Positions 28,174 to 42,421 are shown, numbered from the stretch's first letter. The stretch is DNA of 64,000 nucleotides from Auanema rhodensis (GCA_964057225.1 OZ059894.1:10478001-10542000); one strand, 5' to 3'. The notes: generated from the letters alone by a model not told the origin. Made by a program: numbers and translations.

Positions 28174-29312
28174 ATGGATCTCAAGGAGTATATAGTTGGA
28201 GCTAAGGAGCCATCAGCCAAAATGTATGTTTGAATGTCGTGTAAAGAGGATATATGAGGACATATGCGATTGTTTCATGATAATCTATTCTTATCAGATA
28301 GATCTCGCTAAGACTTTCACCCTGAAGTTTGCAAATAGATAATGTGATCAACTTCAAAGAAAACTATAGTTCAAAGTGAGAACCTCCTCTACAAGTATTT
28401 TTGCAAAGTTGTTACACTACATGTAGTAAAAATCAGTTTTACTTTAGCTATTTTATATTAAAGTCTCTTAGGTTTATGTCACTCATGTTTTCATTGTTAT
28501 TTTTAACAACAACAAGTACATCATTCAGAATTTCATAAGATGTGCTCATGAAAACATGCGAAAAGAAAAAAATAATTGTAAAGTCATGCATGTTCATATT
28601 GTGCAAGGCAAAACAATATTGTATAAAATGATACGAGAGAAAGAAAATTTTTAAAAATCTGTCAGTCGTATGTGTGGTTTAAAAACTGGCCCTGTAGTAG
28701 TGACCAACGTTTTGGAAACTTCCGAAGTCAACGCGATCTATGTATATGCAGATCGCTAAACTTGTTGATCATTGAATTGGTTAGATATTTAGTCGATGGA
28801 TCTGGGAATACAGATGCAAAAACATAATAGCTACCATACTTGTCAGTATAATTGAAAATGTGACGTATACGAATGCGACTTTAGCGTTCTCTAATCAATA
28901 TTCGAAAAAAAAAGAAAGATGAGTCCTCACGCTGTTTTTTAAAGAAATGAAGAAACAACCATCTATAATTAGGATATCTTATCAAACACTATCTTTAATA
29001 TCTTTAACAATCGGTTAGGTATGAAACAGGTTCAGTTGTTCCTGCGTATCGCGTATTCGTCGAGTATGATCAGCTTGCTGTGTATCCTTGGACAAAGATC
29101 TTAAATCAACCTTATTTTTCAGAGACGGAGTAGCTTTTGCCGTTATAAGTATAGCAGTGTTTGTTGGTATTTTCACAGCTATCAAACTGTGTAATATCTG
29201 CGTTACAAAGAATATAAATCTACATGATGGAGATGAAGTAGAACGATCAGCACGAACCCATACAGCCATTACTTTGAAAGGATCAAGTGGAATGCGATAT
29301 TCAGTCGCATAA
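28174..29312 (+). CDS. Small (about 79 aa) single-pass membrane protein, two exons
   Basis: MDLKEYIVGAKEPSAK spliced via gtatgt...ttttcag to IDGVAFAVISIAVFVGIFTAIKLCNIC...RYSVA*. Confidence 0.6.
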
Positions 29313-30037
29313 TCACCTGTATTATATTATATTCATCTATTTCATAGATCTGTACATTTATAACGAGTAAATTTTAACATTCACATTCTTCAAGCCAATA
29401 AACATGTTGTTTCATTCATAGTGCATGATCTTACCCAAAAAATAATGGGACCTTAGAAAAAAAAATCTCATCAGATTTAAGCTACCTCTTCTCATATTAA
29501 ATTTATATACATACGTGAAAATGCTTTTCTAATCGGAAAAAATAGAAAGAAAGACCAAGCGATAGATAGAGACACATACATTCGTACACAAGCAGTCGAG
29601 CGAATCAATCGCGTTTTATATAGCCAGTCTGTTTGAGAGCTACAGTACCTGTTGGAACCTGAACATCAGCAATTTTGCAAGTATATATAAGAACGGCAGG
29701 ACTGGCGAGGGATGCAGCCTCGTTTCTTCGTTTCCTTTAACTTTTCTCTTTTTTCTCTTCTCTTGTCTCTCTCTCTACCTCCGACTTTTTTCTCTTGTTT
29801 CTCTTCATATGTCTGTTTCTTTTTTTCCCCATAGCTCTATGAACTATCAGCATTCCGCACACTCTTTTCATTTCTTGTCGCATTGTGCGAGAGTAGAAAA
29901 TTCATTTTTTTTAGATGCTAAACTACTAGTTCGGCACAAATAAACCACATAAGAAATTAAAATTCGGATTATTACGCAGTCAGTTTTCAAAATTATACCA
30001 TCGCTCTTTCTGTGCTAACTTCTTTCGAAGACGAAGA

Positions 30038-31303
30038 ATGAACGATCTCACGCCCCAATACAATTCGCAAATTTACCCGGGAGCAGGCAAGAATATTTTA
30101 GGTTTAAATTTAAATATAAAAAATATCACAGGTCCCTCTAATGGACTTAATAACACATGCACTCCTCCTGTAACTCCTACGGAATGGTCTCTAGCTTCTC
30201 AAGCAACATTACTACCACCGACGGCCATTCCTCAAATTCCCTCAACTGCTGTTGGGGTATCCTCTGGTCCAGGACCTTTACGTAGACGCAGATTTAGCGC
30301 AGCAAGAATTCAACCAGTATGTTCTCACTTAATACGGTCGTGTTATTTGCTAATCCAGACTCGAATCAAAAAAGTAATGCAAGCTGATGAGGATATTGGG
30401 AGAATGGTAGCGTCTGTCCCAGTCGCTATTGGTAGGGCAATGGAACATTTTGCTGAAAAGTTTCTATTGGTAACTTTCGAGATAATATATAAATTTTATG
30501 TGTTTTTTAAGGCGTCAGCTCAAGTAACTCAAACTTACAACTCTCGAACTCTTACTCCGGCACACATGTAAGCTTCTAAAAAGATTTAATGAACTGTTTT
30601 AAGCCTTGTTGTTATAGGAAAATGGCTATGATGAAAACACCCTGCTTTCGATTTCTCGAAAATATAATGAAAGAAATTGGAGTTCCTGGTCGAGCTATCG
30701 AAGGGGAACCTTACAAAATGTCGCCTATATCTCAACCGTTGGTAACGTTTTTTTTTGTTGTAATAACATTAAAAAAATATTTCAGTATTCTCCCACCACT
30801 CCAGAACCTTATCCGAGAATGGATCAGGTTTTGTCTCCTGTTCAAATGCCAGGTACAAATATTTCATTATTACTGTAACTCTATTGTCATCTTTGCAGGA
30901 AATATGAATCAAATGAGCATGGCCTTCGGTTTTGGAATACCTGCGGTAATGTCTTATGAAGTCTCCCCAGTAGTTCCGGTAAGTTATTTTTTTCAAAACT
31001 TGTATCATTTCTGGCTTTCAGCCTGATATAGTGGAAGTAGCTCCTAAAAAAAGTTCAGCTCGTAAAAGCGTAGATGCCCCGGAAGGTGATAAGCCAAAAC
31101 GAGGCAGACCCAAAAAAAAAAAGGACGATAAATGCATAGATGAAGCGTTGTGTGCTGAAGCTACTCATTGTATTGAACAGGTAAATATTTAAATTTAAAT
31201 TTATTAAGTATTGTAATATTCATTACAGGAGGACAAAGATAGAGAGTTGATGCCTCCCCCTCCATTGCCTATCGCTATCAATCGGGCAAAACCATTAGCC
31301 TGA
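30038..31303 (+). CDS. DRAP1: DRAP1 / NC2-alpha histone-fold repressor
   Basis: RIKKVMQADEDIGRMVASVPVAIGRAMEHF...RTLTPAHMK. Confidence 0.9.
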
Positions 31304-31640
31304 TATTATATTTTGAAGATACTTTTCTGCGCATATGGGTATTAATTTAGTGACATTCTGAAAACTTGTCAATATTATTTTAATGGGTGATCTCATTTAA
31401 GCTCATTCCTAAATATCACTATTATTCTGATTAATAATTATGTTGTATTGCCAATTAGAGAAGTTGAATGTGCCTGTAACATAGTTTTTTTAAAACTATA
31501 TGAGCTTGATTTTGTCCTTTTTACAATTACTACAATGAATGGTTAAATACCCAAAAAACGTGTTCATCATTTGAGTATAGTGTCTCCGTTATCTTTTTTT
31601 GTTGATATTCAACATGGTACCCGAATTCTTCAGTTTCTCA

Positions 31641-34600
31641 ATGTCCCAACCTACTAAACGAGCGGCGGGTCCCAGCACAACAGCTGCTAAAAGAAGAAAG
31701 GAAGATGAAGATACTCAGAAGGTCGGATTCAGCTTGTAGGGAAATTTTTTTTATTGTGTATGTGCTACAGACTCGCTCTGCCTTCGAAATTCAGTTGGAG
31801 AAGTTGGGTATCTCAGGGGCGGATAAAACGAAATGGGCCAGGTCTCCCTTACCGGAAGGCTTAGGAGTAACGTCTGCAATTGCTCTACAGGTGTGGCTAT
31901 CGAAAGTGAATGAACAAACATTGCCTTTCAGGTTTTTGATCTTGAAACTTTTTATGAACCTGGATCTTCCTCATATGATAAAACAAATGTTAGATTGTAC
32001 GGAATTACCTCAGCCGGTAATTCTGTTTGTGCAATTATAACTGATTATTTCCCACATTTTTATTTTCAAGTAAGGAATGATCTCCAATTCTGTACATTTA
32101 AGTGGTTTAATAGGCTCCAGAAGGGTTTTCTGTTGAACATCTCGACAATGCCCAACGTGTTCTCAATAACTTAGTTGCTAATTGTATTAAAAGAGGAAAC
32201 ACATCTAACATGACTGCTGCGGTTAGCGCTATAGTTCCTAATGTTTGAACTGTTTTCCTTGTTGTAGGTTGCCGATAATTTGGTTCATCTCAAACTTGTT
32301 CAAGGAGAAAGTGTATATTATTACAGAGGTATCACTAAACTGCTCTGGCAAACCATCTAGACGATTTCAGGGTCGGAAAAGAAATATCCCTTTATTAAAG
32401 TTACGGGAACTACAAATGCTCTTAGCAAATTAAAAGCTGAATTGAGAAGTACTATGCCAAATTTAACAGGAAATAAGGCTGTTAAGGTAGAGTTGGCGCA
32501 TAAACTCTTCGCAAGTATCATCTTTAGATTGACACTTTGTATGAAGCAAATATTGATGCGGAAGTAAAATTCATGGCTAAAACTAGCATTGTCGGATGCG
32601 GATGGGTTGAGATTCCTGCTGGAAAAGGAAAAATCCTTCATGCCAAAGAACAGACTTCACGGTACTCACTCAGCTCAATTAAACTAATTAAAAATTTCCC
32701 TCATCTAGGTGCCAATTGGAAATTTCGGTTTCTGTTTCGGACATAATCGTACATGAGCCTGAAGGCGAGTGGTCCGATGTTGCTCCTATTAGGTTCGAAA
32801 AATCAAAACATTAAACTATTATCGTGCTTGTTCTAGAACTTTGTCTTTCGATATTGAATGCATGGGACGTCGCGGAGTTTTCCCCGAAGCAAGTGAAGAC
32901 CCCGTTATTCAAATTGCTAATATGGTCAAAGTCAGCTTGTTATAAAGATATAAATCTACAAACAACATATTTTATAGATTGAAGGTCAATCTGAACCATT
33001 TATCAGAAATTGCTTTGTGCTCGGAACTTGTGCTCCCGTTATAGGTTCAAACATCATTCAGTGCGCTACTGAAAAAGACTTATTAGAAAAGTAAACAAAG
33101 CCAATTAAGAATTTGAAATAACTATATTTCTGACTTCTAGATGGGCCGAGTTTGTTAGAGAAGTAGATCCTGATATTTTAACTGGGTACAATATTTTAAA
33201 TTTCGATCTTCCATATATTTTGGATAGAGCTAAGGTATTGAATTTTCTAGAAATTACGAAACAAGATATTGTTGCTTTAAGGCTTTGAAATTACCAAGTG
33301 TTGCTTTACTGGGAAGACTGAAAGATAAGCCATCTAGTGTTCGAGATGCTGCCCTTTCCTCAAAGCAAATGGGAAGCCGTGTTAATAAGAGCATTGATAT
33401 TCATGGAAGAGTTATTTTCGATGTTTTGCAAGTAAGAACAACAACTTACAACAATAGTACAGAGAATATTTTCAGGTTGTATTAAGAGATTACAAGTTGC
33501 GTAGTTATACTTTAAACAGTGTATCATATCATTTCTTGTCTGAACAGAAAGAAGATGTTGAACATAGTGTTATCCCCGATCTTCAACAGGGAGATGATCA
33601 AACTAGAAGAAGGTTGATTCAATAAAATATATTAAATTCATCCAAAAATTCTAGATTAGCCATTTATTGTATGAAGGATGCTGCTTTACCGCTTCGCCTT
33701 CTGGATAAACTTATGTCTATCATTAACTATATGGAAATGGCTAGGGTAACTGGTGTTCCTTTGAATTATCTTCTAACCAGAGGGCAACAAATTAAGGTAT
33801 TAAGTAATAGAAATTTTGTTATTATTATATCTTTTTCAGATTCTTTCTATGATGCTTCGTCAGTGCAAAGCTTCTCAATTCTTCCTACCTGTTATTGAAT
33901 CTGTTGGAAACGATGGTGAAGGGTGAGCACAAGATTATTCTTTTTTTTGTTTAAATCGGCCAGCTTCTGTAATTGTTTGCTGAATATTTGATATAGATAT
34001 TCTTCACTCACTTTATTTGATTTGCAAAGCCAATTCAACCGATCAGTGTCAACGCAAACGAAAAATTTTTTTCCGCGAATGGACAAGATTGGTCATTCCT
34101 ACAATTTTTTTCAGATATGAAGGTGCTACAGTTATTGAACCACTTCGTGGTTTCTATAATGAACCTATTGCTACTCTTGATTTTGCTTCTCTTTATCCAT
34201 CCATTATGATTGCTCACAATCTTTGCTATACCACATTGATGAGCAAACCTGAAGGTGAAGAAGGAAAAGTAAGCGTTTTTATCTGATTTCATTGGACTAT
34301 ACATTACGTTATATAGGATTATATCAAAACACCTGCTGGAAACTACTTTGCCACCAGAGCTAAGAGAGAAGGATTACTTCCCAGAATTTTGGAAGATATT
34401 CTTGCAGCAAGGTAATATATTCTTCTTGTCTTTTGTTATATTAGTGTTCTTATTTAAGAAAGAGAGCAAAGAATGATATGAAACATGCTAAAGACGAGTT
34501 CAAGAAAATGGTTCTGAATGGTAGACAGCTTGCTTTGAAGGCATTATTCCTCTAAATTTGTTTCGATTTTACCTTTTTTTTTCAGATTTCTGCTAACTCC

Positions 34601-36232
34601 GTATATGGTTTCACTGGAGCGACTGTAGGAAAACTCCCATGCTTAGAAATTTCCCAATCTGTAACTGCGTTTGGAAGAGCTATGATCGATTTAACTAAAA
34701 ACGAAGTTGAAAAAAGATACACAAAGGGAGCTCTTGATGGCAAATGCCCTGCAAATGCTCAGGTTTATTCACTATGCTAGGTTATACTCATATGTAAGTT
34801 AATATTTAAGGTTGTTTATGGAGATACTGATTCTGTTATGGTTAAATTTGGTGTTCAAACTGTTAAAGAGGCTATGGATATTGGTTTGCATGCTGCAACT
34901 GAGATTTCCAAGATCTTCACTGCACCTATTAAACTTGAATTTGAAAAGGTTGGACTTTCAAACCATTCTCTATTACATTATTGGTTCACAGGTTTATTTT
35001 CCTTATCTTCTCATTAATAAGAAACGTTATGCTGGTTTATACTTCACTAAACCTGACAAGCATGACAAGATGGATTGCAAGGTATCATTATTTTCGTTAT
35101 AAATGACTTTCGTATTTCTACACAGGGTCTCGAAACTGTTCGACGTGATAACTGTCCTTTGGTAGCCAAAGTTCTTGGAACATGCTTGGAAATGTTGCTT
35201 ATCAATCGCGATGCTGACGCTGCTTTAGATTTTGCGAAAAAGTATGAAAGCAAATCTATTCTCTCATATTTCTGTTTTGCAGAACTATTGCCGATCTATT
35301 ATGCAATAAAATCGACATATCTCTTCTTATCATCAGTAAAGAATTAACTAAATCTGGAGATGTATGTGAAGACTTCAGATTACCTTTTCCAATTCTCCCA
35401 TTTTTAGAAATATCAAGCCAAACAAGCTCATGTCGAATTAGCTACTCGTATGCACAAGAGAGATCCCGGATCAGCTCCTCGTTTGGGAGACCGTGTGCCT
35501 TATGTTATCAGTAATTCCATATTTTTAAAATTTTAAAATATATTTTTTTTTAAGTTGCTGCTGCCAAGAACGTTCCAGCTTATGAGAAAGCAGAGGATCC
35601 TACTTATGTACTTCAAAATAACATTCCAATTGATACAAAACATTACCTCACTAATCAATTAGCTAAACCTCTTGCCAGAATTTTTGACCCCATTTTGGGA
35701 GACAGAGCCGAAAAGGTATGGTCTTTTGATGTTTGAATCTGTTTTCATCGTATATATATTTTTAGATTCTTACTGAAGGAGAACACACACGTGTTCGCGC
35801 TGTTGTTCAAAGTAAAGTTGGTGGCCTTGCCGCTTTTACCAAGAAAGCTGCTACATGTCTTGGGTAAATCATATAATGTCCTTCTTTATCTACATGATCT
35901 ATTGTTTTCAGCTGTAAGAGTGTTCTCAAAGATCAAACTGCTCCTGTATGCAATCATTGCCGCGAGAAGCTTCCTGAAATCTATTCCACGAGGTATGGAT
36001 TATCTTTTAATTGGCTCTCGTTATTCATCATTTCAGAGTGACTGCTATGAATGATATTGAAAATCAATTCTGCCGTCTCTGGACTGAATGCCAAAATTGT
36101 GCTAAAAGCTTGCATGAGAAAGTCAATTGCTCTTCTCGTGATTGTCCAATTTATTACATGAGAGAGAAGGTTAGAAACGATTTGAAAGAATCCTATGATG
36201 TTCTTCAACGCTTTGGAACCCCTACCTGGTGA
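31641..36232 (+). CDS. POLD1: DNA polymerase delta catalytic subunit
   Basis: SFDIEC exonuclease motif, [30 protein letters not shown]-terminal CysA/CysB clusters. Confidence 0.99.
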
Positions 36233-36509
36233 AAATATTTTTTCTTGTAAATACGTTTTCGATATTTTAAAAATCGTTTTTCGAGTATTTTATCACGTTT
36301 TACTGGTTTTTTTGGCATCTCGCTTTTCTTTTGTATCTCAATCAACCTCTACTGGTGTTTCATGACATTTGACTACTTGTTTTATGCATAAAGGATCTTA
36401 TAACTATATCTTTTCCTTTATTTCTTCCTACAGATTGTTACAAATACAAAATATTCTATCTTACTATGACAATTACTTAATTATTCAACATATTTCAACG
36501 TTCAGCTTA

Positions 36510-39500
36510 ATGAACTTATCATGGGTTATACTGTTTGCAATACTAATAGCACTAGTGCAGTGTCTCGAATTCACTGATGATGTGATCTTAAGGTTTATTT
36601 TATATTCTAAAAGCTTCACGAAAATACGTTTATATCTTTCCAGTTATCGGGAAAAAGTTAGAGGAATGTTTAATCATGCCTATGATGGCTATTTAAAGCA
36701 TGCATTTCCCTTAGATGAGTTAAAACCCTTATCCTGCATTGGTTAGATAGTTTTATTTTTTTTTAATTCTGGAAACTTCAGGTGTTGATACTTGGGGTTC
36801 TTTCTCCCTCTCTTTAGTAGATGCGCTTGATACTTTAATAGTTATTGGAAATCATACTGAGTTTATCAGAGCTGTTGATTTAGTTTTGAAATCGGTTTCA
36901 AATAGTTTTGATTCTAATCAAATTATTTTAAATCTCAGGTTAAAACTGATGTTAATGTGAATGTATCAGTTTTCGAAACCAATATCCGTGTTGTTGGTGG
37001 ATTGCTCTCTGCTCACATGCTTAGTGGACAAGTAAAAGGTAAGTACAGTAGCTGGATTGTAAAATTATTTTACATCAAATTAGGATATAAATTGGAAGAA
37101 GGTTGGCCATGCAATGGTCCACTACTTCGGTTAGCTGAACAAATGGCTTCGCGGCTGCTCCCTGCATTCAATACTGGTCAGTGCGAAGCTGATTCAAATA
37201 TTTTCAATCATAGTAATTTAGAAACAGGAATGCCATATGGTACAGTTAACCTGAAATATGGTGTTCATAGAGAGGAAACACCAATTACATGTACGGCATC
37301 TATAGGGACATTCATTGTTGGTATGTTGTTGTAGTCATTCATGCTTGTATAACATATTTTTTTCAGAATTCGGAACACTTTCTCGACTGGTTGGAGATCC
37401 AATATATGAAAGAGTAGCATTGAAAGCTTTAGATTCTTTGGATAAAACTAAATCAAGCATAGGCTTATTAGGAAATCATATTAATGTAGTGACGGGTATG
37501 TTTCTGTGATGATCTTGTCCATTTTTGTTTTCTAAACATTAGTTGCATGAAATAATCTTGTTCTTATAACTAGACGATTTCTAATGGCCTAATTACAGGA
37601 CAATGGACTGCTACTGATGCTGGTATTGGAGCAGGGGTCGATTCGTACTTTGAATATTTAGTGAAAGGAGGATTACTGTTTCAACGTCCTATGTTATTGA
37701 AAACGTTTTATGGTATAGAATTACTTTTTTTGTATTTTTCTGTTTACTTATTGCTTGTAGAACATAAAAAAGCTATAGAAAAATATATTCGAAAGGATGA
37801 TTGGTTCATGTGGGTTAATATGTTTAAAGGAGGAGTTACGTTTCCTATTTTTCAATCATTGGAAGCGTTTTGGCCTGGCATTTTGGTAAAATTTATTTAA
37901 ATTTCATAATATTGAACTTAATTAAGACTTTGATTGGTGACATTGAAGATGCACGAAGAATTATGCTACAATATTCAAAAACCATTCGAAGTTATGGATT
38001 TCCACCTGAATTTTACAATATTCCGGAGGGTCACCCTGTAAATTAGATCTGAATATCAAGGAGCTATACTATTTTTATCTTAGACTGATAAAAGAGCTGC
38101 TTTTCCTTTGAGACCTGAAATGGCAGAAAGTCTAATGTATCTATACCGTGGAACCAAGGATCCAATTTTTCTTGAGCTAGGAGCCCAACTCGTAGATGTA
38201 TGTTTCACTTACTTAACGCTTTATTATCAATAATTGATTTATCTAAATTAAAAATATTTTTAGGCTATAGAACATAGTGCTAAGACAAAATGTGGGTATG
38301 GAACTGTACATGATGTTCGAGAACATGACATTGAGGATAGGTAAGAGCTGTCGAAAAGCATTTTTCACTCATATTAAATTTTAGAATGGAATCATTCTTT
38401 CTTGCTGAAACCACTAAATATTTATATTTATTGTTTGATCCTGATAATTTTCTACACAATGACGGTAGTCAATCGACTGTTATTGATACTCCACATGGAA
38501 AATGCGCTATTGCTGCTGGTGGTTACATCTTCAATACGGAAGCTCATCCTGTTGACCCTGGTATTATCGAATGTTGCTCTAGCAAACGAATTCAAGAAAA
38601 AGATGCCTTGAAGTATGTTTTGTTGTAACAGCAATAAGATATGTGAGTACTTTTAGGGAATGGGAGAGTGGTTTTGATGCATCATCAATGGTACAACCTC
38701 CGGAACCTACACCTGATAAGGTATGATAGTCAATGTATATATTTTTAATCAAATTTGTTGTCAGACGGACGATGCTACCCGTAACGTCAACAAGAATGTA
38801 AAGCAATCAACATTACCTAGAACAAAACCTCAGCGAACTTTCAAAAAGAAAAACAGAAGAGGGAAGGAGGCCCTAAAGAAAGTAATATTTTAATTTTCCT
38901 AAATTTCTATTTTGACTACAATTGCGATTCTTAGTGATTTTCCTTATATAGATTCGTGAAGTCATCAAAGTAGCTCGTTTGATGGATGAAGAAAAACAAC
39001 AGAAAGGTGAGAAAACAGGAGTAACTAGAATTTTCGTTGATTGGCTTACGAAGTTTTATCAAGAGTACGAGGTAATTTGAAACAAATTCAAAACTTTTAG
39101 TAAATCTTCCATTAATATAGGATGTTCCTTATAATGCTATAGAATTCGATAGTTTATCGTTAAATAAGATTAAGGATAGATTACTAAAGCGATATTATGC
39201 TGAACAAATTATTGTGCCACAAGCACTTTCTGTAGTAGGAAGATGTTTTCCAGATTTTGTTCTCAAATTAACTTTCAGACACATTGCCATCCTTTAGACT
39301 TTATCGGTGAAAGTGTGAATTTCCGTTTAATGCTTAGTATTATTTACAAGAAACACATATATCCCTCTCAAAAGGTTAGATATATCATTAACACTTTGAT
39401 AAATTATTGAATTCAGGTTGACTTTTTGATGAGCCCCATCTGTAAACTGGATGAAATTCCTCGAATCGAGGATAGTTATATGAACATTCCACCTCGTATG

Positions 39501-39753
39501 TTCTTTTACTATAAATTATAGTTCTTTTCTATTGATTTTAGCTCCGATTGATGATCACATTCCTGGAGACATCCCAGATGATATCTTCCTTGATTATAAA
39601 TCTTTACCCTTCAATGTTAACGAGGAGAATGCTGATCCTGCTCTAGACTTTGAGTTGTTACTTGGCCCGCCACAAGAGTTTAGTTCTTTATTCACTGGTC
39701 AACATCTAGTAGCTCTTAGAAACCCACCAAAAAGGAAAAAAAAGAAAAATTAA
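36510..39753 (+). CDS. EDEM2: ER degradation-enhancing alpha-mannosidase-like protein 2 (GH47)
   Basis: Signal peptide, [68 protein letters not shown]. Confidence 0.95.
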
Positions 39754-39984
39754 GAGTTTTTGAATTGAATTTTTTGTTATCGAGTTTGTTAATGTATTAA
39801 GTTGTTTGTTCTCGGGTGTATTTAGTCTGTGATACTTATATAAGTTAATATTCAAGCTTGTTTTACCACATAAATGTACATTAACATCATTTCTATATAG
39901 AATTTTCATGGAAAATGATATTATACGTTTCTTATATTTTATCTTGTTGTGCTAATTTCTTTGGAAAATGTCTCGTATTAGCGA

Positions 39985-42421
39985 ATGCTCTCTTCTCGTT
40001 ATTTTGGACATCTAAGAAGATTTTCATCTGTGAACGCTTATTCTTTACGCTCCCACACTTGTGGAGAATTGTCGTTAAAGAATGAAGGTAATACTGAAAT
40101 TTCAGTTTTCTCTACTTTCCTTTTCAGGAGAACAAGTTAAGTTGATGGGCTGGTTAGCCTATAAACGAATGAATAAATTTCTTGTTCTTCGAGATTCTTA
40201 TGGCATGGTCCAGGTAATTTGTTTTGCTGTTAATATGGGTTTTATTGTTCCTTAGGTCACAGTTCCTTCTAATGAATACAAAGATGTTCCTTATGAATCT
40301 GTCATACAAATCGAAGGTACTGTTAGAAGTCGTGGAAACAATGTTAATCCCAAGATGCCAACTGGTGAAATCGAGGTTGAAATTGGTCCTTGAGTATTCT
40401 TTTTCATGTTTCCTGTACAGGTTGAAGTTTCAAAACTTGAAGTTTTAAATAAGTGTGACCCAAAGCTACCTTTAATACCAAATGAAGAGGTATCTGAAAA
40501 AACTAGGCTACGTTATCGATATTTGGATATTCGAGGAAATAAAATGCAAAACGCTTTGAGAATAAGATCAAAACTAGTTCATGAAATGCGCAAGTTTCTT
40601 ATAGAAAGTAGAGATTTCGTAGATGTAAGTTTTCTTCGTTTGACTTTAATTTGCGCTTATCTCACTATGTAAGGTTGAAACTCCTACGTTGTTCCGCAGG
40701 ACACCAGGAGGTGCAGCAGAGTTTTTAGTTCCGGCATCTGCTCCAAATATGGTACTAAATTGTGAAAAATTTCCTTGGATTCACTTTCGTTTTGTTTTTT
40801 AGGGGTCCTGTTATTCATTACCACAGAGCCCCCAACAATTCAAACAACTTCTCATGGTTGGAGGAATTGATAGATATTTCCAAGTTTGTGTTTTTTATTT
40901 TTTGAAAATAAAATCTAGTATTTCATAGATTGCACGTTGTTATCGCGATGAAGGGTCAAAGGGAGATAGACAACCAGAATTTACACAGGTTCTATGATGA
41001 AAAGAAATAAAATAGTGCTTGTTTAAGGTTGATTTGGAGTTATCGTTTACAAATCAAGCTGAGGTTATGCACCTTGTAGAAGATTTAATCTGTAGCTCAT
41101 GGCCAGAACATTTGGTTAATTCATGATGTGTTTACAGTTTTCATGAACATTTGATGTTTTAGAAGGATTTAACACCAACTAGTCCTTTCCCTCATTTGAC
41201 CTTTGAAGATGCTATGAGATTATACGGTAGTGATAAGCCTGATATGAGAATTCCATGGAAAATTGAAGATGGCACCTCTCTCCTAGGTAAATAACAAGTT
41301 TCGCAGTCGTAGTCACTTAGTACATTCAGAGTTTCTGAAGCCAAAAGATTCGGACGACTCATGGTGCGCAAGAGTGATTGTTTGTAAGAATCAGAAGAAT
41401 TTACTTACGGGTTCCTTCCGTAAAGAAGCTAAACGTCTTCTACAGATGAACGACAAATGCGCTGTAGGATCAGAAGTTGAATGTGCTCTAGCTGCTATTT
41501 TCAGACATTTGACTTATATTCGATGGATAAACAACAATGGTTCAAAAAAATTGAGAATCAGAAACTAATTTCCGAATTAAATATAGAGGAAGATGATTTA
41601 GTGGTTTTCGCGTAAGATTAAAAAGTTCCGTTTGAACTATTTTAAAGTTTTTTGATAGTTGGGGAAAAGAAGAGAATGTTCAATGGAGCTTAGGTCAATT
41701 GAGAAATTATATTGGAGAAGCTTCAGGTCTCCGTAAAGAGCGAAAGGTTACTGTATACTGGATTAAATTTGAAAAAAAAACTTTTTTTGGTTTAGATTAC
41801 TTGTCATTGGGTTATAGATTTTCCACTGTTCTCTGTTGAGGATGGAAAACTAGTCAGTACCCATCATCCCTTTACAGCGCCTATACCGGAACATGAACTG
41901 TGGTTAAATGATTCAACCAAAAGAAGTTTAATAAAAGGTGTTGATGTAAATAAAGTGCAGTTTAAACTCAATCCCTTTCAGGGCAGCATTATGATCTCGT
42001 GATTAATGGCGTTGAAATGGGTGGAGGATCGATTCGTATTCATGATCCCAAGCAGCAAGAACTTGTGCTCAATATTTTGGGTGAACAATGTTCGGAAATG
42101 GTTTTTCTCTAGTTCTCTTACCTGGTGTGTTCAATCTGTTTTTAGTCTCATTTGATATCAGCGCTATCACATGGTGCTCCACCTCACGGTGGATTCGCCA
42201 TTGGCTTAGATAGGTACACAGCTTTTCTAGTTGGGGAAGGAAACCCAACAATTCCAGTTAGAGAGGTTAAAGGCTTTCCATTATCACCAAGTATGTAACC
42301 GTTTTTTCAGGTAATTGCATTCCCAAAAACAAAGGAAGGTAAAGATCTGATGAGTTCTGCCCCCGCTGTACCATCCAAGGAAGACTGCCAAAGATATGGT
42401 TTTGAGATGAAGCTTCAGTAA
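39985..42421 (+). CDS. DARS2: Mitochondrial aspartyl-tRNA synthetase
   Basis: Arg-rich presequence, [54 protein letters not shown]. Confidence 0.97.

Noticed and set aside
31541-31556. GGTTAAATACCCAA resembling the SL1 leader
   Set aside because: Partial match only; no splice donor or Sm site follows
37496-37598. C-box-like GTGATGA in a longer EDEM2 intron (C/D snoRNA?)
   Set aside because: No CTGA D box or terminal stem
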